In this document: positions 23,964-32,827 of the stretch, piece after piece
Numbering within the stretch: position 1 is the stretch's first letter
How the letters are laid out: the number at the start of each line of letters is the position of its first letter
IMG/VR virus record: IMGVR_UViG_3300032236_000747
Location: 62,001 to 126,000 of that record
Reading direction: 5' to 3' (one strand)
DNA: 64,000 bases
Position numbers and translations under genes: made by a program
Notes under the pieces: generated by a model
Databases searched by the model: none
Told to the model about the DNA's origin: nothing
Seen by the model: only the letters and a program-made list of their open reading frames with translations

Positions 23964-25062
23964 AGAAGAAAAAGAGAAACTCATTGAACTTTTAAAGTTT
24001 ACTCCACGCACCTACAAAATCACCATGTGGGGTTATGGAGGTGAAAAAGTCATGGGAACAGTAGATCGTAAAATCTACGATTATTTTAAACATCGTAGAC
24101 TAGACCTAAGTGAATACGCCTGGGGTTATGAGTATGCTGACGAAAATAATATTCCAGAAGATATGCAGCCATTTCCAGCAGGTAGTTGGTATGAATGCGA
24201 TAACATAGGGCACGTAAATGGTGTAAGTCGTAACGCAGGTACACTGCAGATCGATGACGAAAACGGCGATACTGTATACGAAAAATCGTTTGACGATATT
24301 AGCGGAGGTGACGAGGGCGAACCAGAATGGGATTGTGGTGACGAAATCTGGATTGATGAACAACCAGCAGGTACTGTAGTATTCGTAGGAAACAGTAACG
24401 AAAAGGGTACCTTCTTTGAAGGTGAAATCAACCTCACTTCTCCTTTTGATATTACTAAGTTAACACTAAGCTACGAAGAAGTAGACGGTGAAGAAATTGT
24501 TAATGGCGTATCATACGACGGCGAGGACATTGACAACTTCGGCGGTAACACAGATGGTAAGAGCAGCGACTTTGGCTTTTATATTTCTCACTCACAAAAA
24601 GAAACAGGAAACTGGGAAAAATACCGAAACATGGATGACATCGATTATCCAATGACTGCCTGGTTTCCTAAAAAGATTAATCCTGTTCGTGAAGGCAACT
24701 ACATGGTTAAAACAGCAGGTAAGAACAGCTATACATATCAAGCCAAGTGGACCGGAGAAAAATGGACTAACTCATGGAGCGATGACGAAGTTAAAATCAA
24801 AGAATGGCAAGGACTTGCCATTGATCCAGATCTAGAAGAAGCCCCAACTCCTCCAGAAATGTCTCCTGAAGAATTAATATTGGCTCTCGAAGAGCTAGAT
24901 AAAGCACTCGAAGAGCTTTCGTTAGAAATAGAAAAAGTTCCTTGCCTTAGCTGCGGCGAAGAATATTCAGAACATATGTTATTCGAAATGGATGGACAAT
25001 ATGTTTGTCCTAGTTGCGGTGAGGGATGGGTTATGCTAGATAACCGAGAAGAGTTAAAATGA
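23953..25062 (+). CDS. Acidic hypothetical protein with a C-terminal Zn ribbon
   Basis: CLSCG-x-CPSCG at the C-terminus; strongly D/E-rich. Confidence 0.65.
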   Translation: MATKEEKEKLIELLKFTPRTYKITMWGYGGEKVMGTVDRKIYDYFKHRRLDLSEYAWGYEYADENNIPEDMQPFPAGSWYECDNIGHVNGVSRNAGTLQIDDENGDTVYEKSFDDISGGDEGEPEWDCGDEIWIDEQPAGTVVFVGNSNEKGTFFEGEINLTSPFDITKLTLSYEEVDGEEIVNGVSYDGEDIDNFGGNTDGKSSDFGFYISHSQKETGNWEKYRNMDDIDYPMTAWFPKKINPVREGNYMVKTAGKNSYTYQAKWTGEKWTNSWSDDEVKIKEWQGLAIDPDLEEAPTPPEMSPEELILALEELDKALEELSLEIEKVPCLSCGEEYSEHMLFEMDGQYVCPSCGEGWVMLDNREELK

Positions 25063-25289
25063 GTACCGCAAAAGATATATTTGATACTACCTGGGAAAAA
25101 ATCAAACGCTTAGAACGGTTTGAGATTAAACGTGAAGTTGAAAAGGGGTGGTTGCCAAGAGGACACATACCTTTCGATATTAGTGTTAAACAATGCGTTG
25201 CTACTTTTATTGTATATGCAGAGTTTTTACAAGACGCAGAAGACCAAGTTACAACTTACTTAGAAAGCATGGATGAAGACAATGATTAA
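25059..25289 (+). CDS. Hypothetical protein
   Basis: 76-aa coupled ORF. Confidence 0.5.
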   Translation: MSTAKDIFDTTWEKIKRLERFEIKREVEKGWLPRGHIPFDISVKQCVATFIVYAEFLQDAEDQVTTYLESMDEDND

Positions 25290-25746
25290 ATTTTTACAAT
25301 GGTTAGAAAAACATGGTCGTAAACGCATTGTTATGGATCGTCAAGCAAATGAGCCATACCTTGAACGCTACTATATCTTTCTAAAAGATCGTAAACGTTT
25401 TCCATTTAACATATTCTTGCATAAGTTTTTAAAAGGTGATCCTGACGATGTTCACGATCATCCATGGCCTTATGCTACATTAATCCTTAAAGGCGGATAC
25501 TACGAGTGGATCCCAACATTTAATCCTCACACCAAGGAGAAGGTAGGAGAGACACGTTACTGGAGAGGACCGGGTCATTTCCGTATTTGTAAACCAACAA
25601 GTTATCATCGCATTGAACTAGCAGAGGGTGTAACAGCATGGACTCTGTTTATGCCCGGTCCACAAGTTCGTGAATGGGGATTCTTGGTTAAAAATAAATG
25701 GATACAGCACGAAGAATATATTGAAAGTAAAAAACAACATGGATAA
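25273..25746 (+). CDS. Cupin-fold metalloprotein
   Basis: DVHDHPWPYATLILKGGYYE ... SYHRIEL ... WTLFMPGP match the two cupin motifs (HxH...E...H). Confidence 0.7.
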   Translation: MKTMIKFLQWLEKHGRKRIVMDRQANEPYLERYYIFLKDRKRFPFNIFLHKFLKGDPDDVHDHPWPYATLILKGGYYEWIPTFNPHTKEKVGETRYWRGPGHFRICKPTSYHRIELAEGVTAWTLFMPGPQVREWGFLVKNKWIQHEEYIESKKQHG

Positions 25747-26011
25747 TAAAACAAAAGAAGTAATGGATATCCTGCAAGAAGAATGCGCAGAGGTTATTCA
25801 AGCAGTAAGTAAGATTAGCAGATTTGGTATAGATAACATTAAACCAGGTAAACCTAAAACTAATCGTCAACACCTAGAAGAAGAACTAGGTGATATGCTA
25901 GCAATGATTGACATCATGCTAGAAAAGAATGTAATATCATTAGAACACTTAGAAGTTGCTAAGGCTGCTAAGATTGAAAAACTAAAACAATGGTCAAACA
26001 TTTATGAGTAA
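25739..26011 (+). CDS. mazG: MazG-like nucleotide pyrophosphohydrolase
   Basis: LQEECAEVIQAVSK ... LEEELGDMLAMI shows the ExxE...ExxD pattern. Start at ATG 25739. Confidence 0.75.
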   Translation: MDNKTKEVMDILQEECAEVIQAVSKISRFGIDNIKPGKPKTNRQHLEEELGDMLAMIDIMLEKNVISLEHLEVAKAAKIEKLKQWSNIYE

Positions 26012-26858
26012 AATTAAAGTAGCAGAACTATTTTACAGCATACAAGGTGAAGGAAGGTATATGGGTGTACCTTCTGTTTTCTTACGTACCTTCGGCTGTA
26101 ACTTTAAATGCGAAGGCTTTGGAATGCCTAGAGGACAAAAAAGTGAAGAATACATCAACATCAATCCCGATCTCTACCCAACTTATAAACACCTTCCACT
26201 TGTTAGTACTGGCTGCGACTCTTACGCTAGTTGGGATGCTAGGTTTCGTCATCTTAGTCCTCTTTTGGAGTCTGACGCAATTGCCGATCAAATTATGGAA
26301 ATACTTCCACACAAAGAATGGCGAGACGAACACCTAGTTATTACAGGCGGTGAACCTTTACTAGGATGGCAAAAGGCTTATCCAGATTTGTTAGAACATC
26401 CCAAAATGGGAGGTTTGCGTGAAATTACTTTCGAGACAAATGGTTCTATGCGTCTAACTACAGCATTTAAGGAATACTTAAAAGACTGGACATCTAGAGG
26501 AAACGATGGCTTGTGGACTAGAGAAATTACGTTTAGTGTAAGTGCTAAACTTCCAGTAAGCGGCGAGCCATGGGCCGATGCTATCAAGCCAGCAGTAGTA
26601 TGCGATTACCAAAATTACGGCACAGTATATTTGAAGTTTGTCATTACCAATGAAGAGGATTTAAAAGATGCAGAACGTGCAGTTGAAGAATACAAGGCTG
26701 CTGGATTCCGAGGTCATGTTTATCTCATGCCTGTTGGCGGTGTTGAGTCTGTTTACGCTCTCAACAATAGAAATGTGGCGGACATCGCAATGCGTAAAGG
26801 CTGGAGGTATTCAGACCGACTTCAAGTGCCACTATTTAAAAACGAATGGGGAACTTAA
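26004..26858 (+). CDS. queE: 7-carboxy-7-deazaguanine synthase (radical SAM)
   Basis: ELFYSIQGEG, VFLRTFGC, CDS, VITGGEPLL, FETNG, SVSAKL, LKFVI, YLMP and RLQV. Confidence 0.9.
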   Translation: MSKIKVAELFYSIQGEGRYMGVPSVFLRTFGCNFKCEGFGMPRGQKSEEYININPDLYPTYKHLPLVSTGCDSYASWDARFRHLSPLLESDAIADQIMEILPHKEWRDEHLVITGGEPLLGWQKAYPDLLEHPKMGGLREITFETNGSMRLTTAFKEYLKDWTSRGNDGLWTREITFSVSAKLPVSGEPWADAIKPAVVCDYQNYGTVYLKFVITNEEDLKDAERAVEEYKAAGFRGHVYLMPVGGVESVYALNNRNVADIAMRKGWRYSDRLQVPLFKNEWGT

Positions 26859-27253
26859 TGATATTTGATAGATTGTTTGAGATTGTAAACTCAATAAAAC
26901 AAAAATGGAAGAACAGACGAGAAGCTAAAAAATATGCTCAAACAAACGAATCTACTAGATTGAGCAAAGAAGAAGCTACTGCTAAAAAGAAACCATGGGT
27001 AGCTGTTTTAGACACACACGTTAATCCAGAAAACATCCGTAATGGGTTTTTTGAACTAGACTGGAATGAGTTTTTTATTCTAGAACTAACGGCTGCAGGA
27101 TACGTAGGAAAAAATGAAGAAGAAATTGTCGATGCTTGGTTCACAGAACTCTGTAACAATCTCGGCCAAGAAGCAAACATCAACATGAACAATAGAGGTT
27201 CAGGTTATGTTAATCGTGCGTTGAGAGACGACGGAAGAACTGAGATAAGTTAA
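26858..27253 (+). CDS. Hypothetical phage protein
   Basis: TAATG-coupled ORF containing GFFELDWNEFF. Confidence 0.6.
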   Translation: MIFDRLFEIVNSIKQKWKNRREAKKYAQTNESTRLSKEEATAKKKPWVAVLDTHVNPENIRNGFFELDWNEFFILELTAAGYVGKNEEEIVDAWFTELCNNLGQEANINMNNRGSGYVNRALRDDGRTEIS

Positions 27254-27909
27254 TGATAAATTTTTTAAGAGAAATAACAAGCCGTGGCCTTACTATTGAT
27301 ACAGTGTATGACGTAGGTGCATGGAGAGGCGATTGGTCCAGAGTAGTTCGAGGTTCTGTATTACCCGACAGCGAGTTTGTTGTATTTGAAGCAAATCCTG
27401 CTTATAAACACGATCTTGAAAACTCAGGTTTTAAGAATTTTAACGTTGTTTTATCAAACCCAGGTAGAGAATATGTAGATTTCTATAACGGAACTAATAC
27501 CGGAGATAGTTACTACAAAGAAACTACACACGTTTACGATAATCAAGGCACAATACGTTTACCTTGTACCACAATCGACAAACTTGTAGAAGAGCATAAC
27601 TTGCCAATTCCTAACTTTATCAAGTTAGATACACAGGGCAGCGAGCTAGATATTCTAGATGGAGCCAAAAGTATCATAGATAAAGTGGATTTGATCTATA
27701 CAGAACTACCATTTGTGTGTTATAATAAGGGTGCGCCGGGTTTACAAGACTACATCGAGTACTTCAAAGCACGCAAGTTTGTTCCTATGAGAATATGCGA
27801 AGTACATCATGCTGATAGCATCCTTATCCAAATGGATATTATGTTTATGAAGCACGAAACCAAAGTAAGATTGTTAGGCCCAGAAACACAAATCAGACCA
27901 TTTGAGTAA
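27253..27909 (+). CDS. FkbM-family SAM-dependent methyltransferase
   Basis: VYDVGAWRGDW, VFEANP, TIDKL and FIKLDTQGSELDILDG. Confidence 0.85.
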   Translation: MINFLREITSRGLTIDTVYDVGAWRGDWSRVVRGSVLPDSEFVVFEANPAYKHDLENSGFKNFNVVLSNPGREYVDFYNGTNTGDSYYKETTHVYDNQGTIRLPCTTIDKLVEEHNLPIPNFIKLDTQGSELDILDGAKSIIDKVDLIYTELPFVCYNKGAPGLQDYIEYFKARKFVPMRICEVHHADSILIQMDIMFMKHETKVRLLGPETQIRPFE

Positions 27910-27910
27910 T

Positions 27911-28897
27911 ATGACATACATTCTAGTAGACACAGCTAACTTATTTTTTAGATCTCGTCACGTAGTTCGTGGCGATTCTAGTGAAAAAGTAGGCATGAGT
28001 CTACATATAACACTAAATGCTATCCGCAAAGCATGGCGAGACTTTAAAGGTAGTCACGTAATCTTCTGTTTAGAAGGTCGTAGCTGGCGCAAGGACTTTT
28101 ATGCTCCTTACAAGCGCCAGCGTGCAGAAGCTCGTGCCGCTCATAGCCCTCGTGAAGCAGAAGAAGAAAAAGTTTTTTGGGAAACATTTGATCAGTTCAA
28201 AGATTTTATTATCGAAAAGACTAACTGCACTGTATTACAACATGCTCAGTTAGAAGCCGACGATTTGATTGCAGGTTTTATCCAGGCACATCCGAATGAT
28301 GATCATGTTATTATTTCAACAGACGGCGACTATGCTCAGTTGATAGCACCAAACGTAAAGCAATATAATGGTGTAACAGAAATTACTACAACACATGAAG
28401 GTTACTTTGATGCCAAGAATAAACCCGTTGTTGATAAGAAAACTAAACAAGTCAAGCCCGCGCCGGATCCGCAATGGTTACTCTTCGAGAAGTGTATGCG
28501 TGGAGACACATCTGATAACGTATTCTCTGCTTATCCGGGAGTACGTGAGAAAGGGACAAAGAATAAAGTTGGTCTCCGTGAGGCCTTTGCCGATCGTAAT
28601 GATAAAGGGTACTCGTGGAACAATCTAATGTTACAGAAGTGGGTAGATCATGAAGGAGTAGATCATCGTGTATTAGATGATTACAAACGCAATGTAACCC
28701 TGTGCGATTTGACAGCGCAGCCCTATGACATTAAACTGTTAATACAAGAAACAATCGATACAGCAGTGCAAGCTGACAAAAACATAAGTCAAGTAGGCAT
28801 CCGATTGTTAAAACTTTGTAGTGAGTACGACTTACAGCGTATTAGCGATCAAGTACAAAGCTATGCTGAACCGTTAAATGCAAGGTATAAACAATGA
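27911..28897 (+). CDS. rnh: T4-type RNase H / 5'-3' exonuclease (FEN family)
   Basis: ILVDTANL, SWRKDFYAPYKRQR, LEADDLIA, ISTDGDYAQL and GDTSDNV. Confidence 0.88.
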   Translation: MTYILVDTANLFFRSRHVVRGDSSEKVGMSLHITLNAIRKAWRDFKGSHVIFCLEGRSWRKDFYAPYKRQRAEARAAHSPREAEEEKVFWETFDQFKDFIIEKTNCTVLQHAQLEADDLIAGFIQAHPNDDHVIISTDGDYAQLIAPNVKQYNGVTEITTTHEGYFDAKNKPVVDKKTKQVKPAPDPQWLLFEKCMRGDTSDNVFSAYPGVREKGTKNKVGLREAFADRNDKGYSWNNLMLQKWVDHEGVDHRVLDDYKRNVTLCDLTAQPYDIKLLIQETIDTAVQADKNISQVGIRLLKLCSEYDLQRISDQVQSYAEPLNARYKQ

Positions 28898-29379
28898 ACG
28901 CAGTGACAAAAGTAGTAATACCTAATAAAAGTTGGATTGTAGAAGACAATGGTATTAAACTAGGCACTCTAAACAAGGAAAAGAAGGGCTTTAGCTTCTA
29001 TCGAAAGGGAGTAAAAGTCGATGTCAAGGACGCTAAAGAGCTAGAAATGAAGTTTGGCGTGGCGTTATTTGAAGAAAGTATCAGCAAAGTACATAAAGGA
29101 TCTGTTAAGAAAACAATAGATCTAAGTGTATATGACTATCCTACTGCGTCAAAACCGCATAATCCTGTCTATAATATAGTCAAAAAGCTGCCAATTTACG
29201 CAAAAAGCGGCAAAAGTAAGAGCCTTTATTGTGCCGGCTACTATGTTATACAGTTCCGCAAAGGTTGGGTTAAATCGTTCTGTCCAAAGTTGATTACATT
29301 GGAACGCTATCCGTTTCAAGGACCTTTTAAGACAGAAACAGAGATGCGAACTGTATTAAATATTGTTAGTAAACAATGA
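28894..29379 (+). CDS. Hypothetical protein
   Basis: 161-aa coupled ORF. Confidence 0.6.
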   Translation: MNAVTKVVIPNKSWIVEDNGIKLGTLNKEKKGFSFYRKGVKVDVKDAKELEMKFGVALFEESISKVHKGSVKKTIDLSVYDYPTASKPHNPVYNIVKKLPIYAKSGKSKSLYCAGYYVIQFRKGWVKSFCPKLITLERYPFQGPFKTETEMRTVLNIVSKQ

Positions 29380-29600
29380 AATCACTAAACACATTACCGA
29401 TCGAAGAGTTCCTTAATGCTGCCAGAATAGCCATTAAGAGCAACAAACAATCAGTGACGCTTACCATACGTGAAGCACAAGCACTGAGCGAAAGTCTATC
29501 TATTGTTATGACCAGGCTAGCTGGTGAGTTAGATCAAGCATTAACCCAAAATGCCGAATCAGGTCCTATACAGATTAAAATGGACGGCGGGGGTTTCTAA
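29376..29600 (+). CDS. Hypothetical protein
   Basis: 74-aa coupled ORF. Confidence 0.55.
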   Translation: MKSLNTLPIEEFLNAARIAIKSNKQSVTLTIREAQALSESLSIVMTRLAGELDQALTQNAESGPIQIKMDGGGF

Positions 29601-29609
29601 ATTTAAAGA

Positions 29610-29615
29610 TAAATA
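29610..29615 (+). promoter_or_regulatory. Late promoter core TAAATA
   Basis: GATAAATATC followed by a GGAG Shine-Dalgarno and ATG 29644. Confidence 0.45.
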
Positions 29616-29643
29616 TCAACGTACATTTGGAGATACGTTGATT

Positions 29644-29931
29644 ATGTCTAGGCCAAAGCCAACGGTTCTGTTAGAACTCACTAATAAAAAAACTTATAAG
29701 ACTGAACAAGTCTTAGAAGCCGAGGCCATCTGGGCGGTATTCTACAAAGATAAACCAGTTAATCTCAAAACCACTAGCCTTGTTGCACAACAAGTGGGTC
29801 CAAAATATAAAAAGGTAAGTTTTTCAAATAGCGGTCATGCTATTAATCTAGCCGAAAAGTTGAATAAGATGTTTAACTGCCAGGACTTTAGTGTGTATAA
29901 GCTAACTACAGGTGAGAAGACACAAGAATGA
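29644..29931 (+). CDS. Hypothetical protein
   Basis: Probable start at ATG 29644 (MSRPKPTVLLE...) after GGAG. Confidence 0.6.
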   Translation: MSRPKPTVLLELTNKKTYKTEQVLEAEAIWAVFYKDKPVNLKTTSLVAQQVGPKYKKVSFSNSGHAINLAEKLNKMFNCQDFSVYKLTTGEKTQE

Positions 29932-30317
29932 TAGATAAACGGGCTATGACCAGGAAGTTTTTGAAGGAGCTCGGGTTAGAAACAAGTACTAAAAATGTTC
30001 GCAAGCACCACGCAATGTGGTGGATGAACCCACGTAGTAGAGACAATGAATCCGGACTCAGATTAACTGATGCCGGATTTCTTATGATGACCGAAAAGCT
30101 AGATGTTAAATCTTACAGCGTGAAATACCCGCCTGAAATGCAGTGGAGTAGTAGGCTAATACTAGACATGGACAAGTACTTAAACTGTCCGTATTACCTA
30201 GAACAAAAAGGCATTGTTGTTTTTAGAGAAAAAATGGCTGTAGAGCTTATACTCTACGAAGGAAATCTCCAAAGATACGTTACAGCCAAAATAATGTCGC
30301 AAAAATACAACACCTAA
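29928..30317 (+). CDS. Hypothetical protein
   Basis: 129-aa coupled ORF. Confidence 0.6.
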   Translation: MIDKRAMTRKFLKELGLETSTKNVRKHHAMWWMNPRSRDNESGLRLTDAGFLMMTEKLDVKSYSVKYPPEMQWSSRLILDMDKYLNCPYYLEQKGIVVFREKMAVELILYEGNLQRYVTAKIMSQKYNT

Positions 30318-30322
30318 AGCGA

Positions 30323-30351
30323 TTGACAAGTTACCGAGATACGTGTATAAT
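30323..30351 (+). promoter_or_regulatory. Perfect sigma70 consensus promoter upstream of the MoxR-like ATPase
   Basis: TTGACA-17 nt-TATAAT. Confidence 0.85.
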
Positions 30352-30390
30352 AAAGGCTTAACATGTATTTTTATTAACGAAAGGTAACAC

Positions 30391-31473
30391 ATGGCTAAAG
30401 AAACGTCCGTAGCACGCACAGTTGGTCCTAACGATGCTAAAAAGAGCATTCGTAAATGCGTAAAAATTAAACAACCTTTGTTTATGTGGGGTCCCCCAGG
30501 TATTGGTAAATCGGATATCGTTAAACAGATTGGTGCTGAACAAGGCCGTGAAGTTATTGACGTTCGCTTGTCACTTTGGGAACCTACTGATATTAAAGGT
30601 ATTCCATATTACAATAGTGATGAAAGCACTATGACTTGGGCACCTCCTGCAGAACTTCCAACTGATCCAGAATCTACTGCGATCTTGTTTTTGGACGAAC
30701 TAAACTCTGCAGCTCCTGCTACACAGGCAGCAGCTTATCAGCTTGTTCTTAACCGTCGTGTTGGCACATATAAGTTGCCAGATGGCGTTTCAATCGTTGC
30801 TGCAGGTAACCGTGAAACTGACAAGGGTGTTACATATCGTATGCCTGCTCCGTTGGCTAACCGTTTTGTTCACATTGAACTTACACGCGATTTTGACGAC
30901 TGGTTGGAATGGTCTGTTTTGAACAAGGTTCACGAACAGGTTGTAGGTTATGTGTCATTTGCTAAGAATGATTTGTATGATTTCGATCCACGCAGTTCTT
31001 CACGTGCGTTTGCTACTCCACGTAGCTGGTCATTTGTTAGCAACTTGTTGCACGATGACGATTTGGAAGAAAACACACTAACCGACTTGGTCGCAGGCGC
31101 CATTGGTGAAGGTCTTGCTGTTAAGTTTATGGCACACCGCAAGGTTGCTAAACAGATGCCTAAGCCAGAAGACATTCTGGAAGGCAAGGTTACCAAGTGT
31201 GATATCAAAGAAATCTCTGCTATGTACTCTTTGACTATTAGTTTGTGCTACGAGTTGCAGACTGCTGATCAGAAGAAAGACAAAGACTGGAACTCTAAGG
31301 CTGACAACTTCTTCAAGTTTATGATGGAGAACTTCCCAACTGAACTAGTTGTTATGGGCGCAAAGGTTGCGTTGACTAACTATCAACTGCCATTCGATGC
31401 TAGCAAGCTCAAGTACTTTGATAAGTTCCATGACAAATACGGAAAATACATTATCCAAGCTATGGAAAGTTAA
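30391..31473 (+). CDS. MoxR-like AAA+ ATPase
   Basis: Walker A WGPPGIGKS, DVRLS, Walker B LFLDELN, AAGN and PAPLANRF. Confidence 0.85.
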   Translation: MAKETSVARTVGPNDAKKSIRKCVKIKQPLFMWGPPGIGKSDIVKQIGAEQGREVIDVRLSLWEPTDIKGIPYYNSDESTMTWAPPAELPTDPESTAILFLDELNSAAPATQAAAYQLVLNRRVGTYKLPDGVSIVAAGNRETDKGVTYRMPAPLANRFVHIELTRDFDDWLEWSVLNKVHEQVVGYVSFAKNDLYDFDPRSSSRAFATPRSWSFVSNLLHDDDLEENTLTDLVAGAIGEGLAVKFMAHRKVAKQMPKPEDILEGKVTKCDIKEISAMYSLTISLCYELQTADQKKDKDWNSKADNFFKFMMENFPTELVVMGAKVALTNYQLPFDASKLKYFDKFHDKYGKYIIQAMES

Positions 31474-31474
31474 A

Positions 31475-31496
31475 CAAAGGCCCTTCGGGGCCTTTG
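31475..31496 (+). terminator. Intrinsic terminator-like hairpin with a UUCG tetraloop
   Basis: CAAAGGCCC-TTCG-GGGCCTTTG immediately after the ATPase stop codon. Confidence 0.8.
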
Positions 31497-31500
31497 TAAC

Positions 31501-31529
31501 TTGATTTTGTCAGTATTTGAGTGTATAAT
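31501..31529 (+). promoter_or_regulatory. Sigma70-type promoter
   Basis: TTGATT-17 nt-TATAAT followed by an AAGGAG Shine-Dalgarno. Confidence 0.75.
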
Positions 31530-31552
31530 AATGTATTGTTTAAGGAGTACGC

Positions 31553-32815
31553 ATGTCTAGTGTAATGAAAGCCGAAAAAGTTAAAAAAGAAAAGCCTCGC
31601 AAAGAATTTAGCGAGAGTGAAAAAAATAAGATTGTTGAAAAGTTAATCCAGGCTCGTATTGGTTTGCTTCTTCGTCATCCTTTCTTTGGTAACTTGGCTA
31701 CTCGCATGAAGTTGATCGATGCTACTGATTGGTGTCCAACTTTAGCTACCGACGGGCGCAACTTTTATTACAGCAATGATTTTGTAGATCAACTTAAACC
31801 CAAAGAAACAGAATTTGCCTTTGCGCATGAAGTTCTTCACAACGTTTTTGATCACATGGGTCGTCGCAACGGTCGAGATCCTAAGTTGTCAAACATTGCA
31901 GCTGACTATGCTGTTAATCAAATCCTGGTAGACGAGCGCATCGGCGTTGTTCCTAGTTTTATTAAAATCTTTCAAGACAACAAATATCGTGGCATGAGCT
32001 ACGAAGAAATCTACGAAGATCTAGAAAAAAATGCTGTTAAGATTGATATTAATTCACTAGGTGAGTTGTTAGACGAGCACTTGGACGGTGAAGGTGATGA
32101 CGGAGACGGTGAAACGGACGAGAACGGAAATCCAGTTAAAGGAAAAGGTCGTCCACGTTTAACTGAAGAAGAAAAGAAAGCTATTCGTGACGAGATCAAA
32201 GAAGCTATGGTTGCGGCTGCGCAAAGTGCAGGTGCTGGACGAGTTCCAGCAGGCGTAGCACGTTTGATCAGTGACTTTACTGAACCTAAGATGGACTGGC
32301 GTCAAATGTTGCGTATGAATATTCAAAGTATTCTGAAAAGTAACTTCAGTTTCAGCCGTCCTAATCGTAAGTCACAGCACTGCGGCGCAGTATTGCCCGG
32401 AATGATGAACGAAGAAACTATCGATGTGTCAGTAGCTATTGACATGAGTGGTAGTATTTCGGACAAACAGGCTAAAGACTTCTTAAGCGAAGTTAAAGGC
32501 ATCATGGACGAGTACGTTGATTTCAAACTTGACTTATGGACATTTGATACAAAGGTATATGGTTATAAACAATTTACTGGTGATATTGCCGACGAAATCT
32601 TAGACTACGAATGCAAGGGCGGTGGAGGCACCGACTTTGACGTAAACTACGACTTCATGAAAGAGCAGGGCATTGAGCCAAAACGCTTTATTATGTTTAC
32701 AGACGGATATCCTTGCGGTAGCTGGGGTGATGAAACATACTGCGAAAGTTTGTTTATTATCCACGGCAACGAATCCATTATTGCACCCTTCGGTCAGACC
32801 GCTCATTATAAATAA
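31553..32815 (+). CDS. Metallopeptidase-like (HExxH) plus VWA-domain protein (DUF2201-type MoxR partner)
   Basis: TLATDG, FAHEVLHNVFDH and NIAADYAVN in the N-terminal half; MIDAS motif AIDMSGS and GGGGTDF in the C-terminal half. Confidence 0.85.
   Translation: MSSVMKAEKVKKEKPRKEFSESEKNKIVEKLIQARIGLLLRHPFFGNLATRMKLIDATDWCPTLATDGRNFYYSNDFVDQLKPKETEFAFAHEVLHNVFDHMGRRNGRDPKLSNIAADYAVNQILVDERIGVVPSFIKIFQDNKYRGMSYEEIYEDLEKNAVKIDINSLGELLDEHLDGEGDDGDGETDENGNPVKGKGRPRLTEEEKKAIRDEIKEAMVAAAQSAGAGRVPAGVARLISDFTEPKMDWRQMLRMNIQSILKSNFSFSRPNRKSQHCGAVLPGMMNEETIDVSVAIDMSGSISDKQAKDFLSEVKGIMDEYVDFKLDLWTFDTKVYGYKQFTGDIADEILDYECKGGGGTDFDVNYDFMKEQGIEPKRFIMFTDGYPCGSWGDETYCESLFIIHGNESIIAPFGQTAHYK
32807..32814 (+). 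promoter_or_regulatory. Exact T4 late promoter consensus TATAAATA
   Basis: Lies 13 nt upstream of ATG 32828. Confidence 0.6.
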
Positions 32816-32827
32816 AGTAGGTAGATA

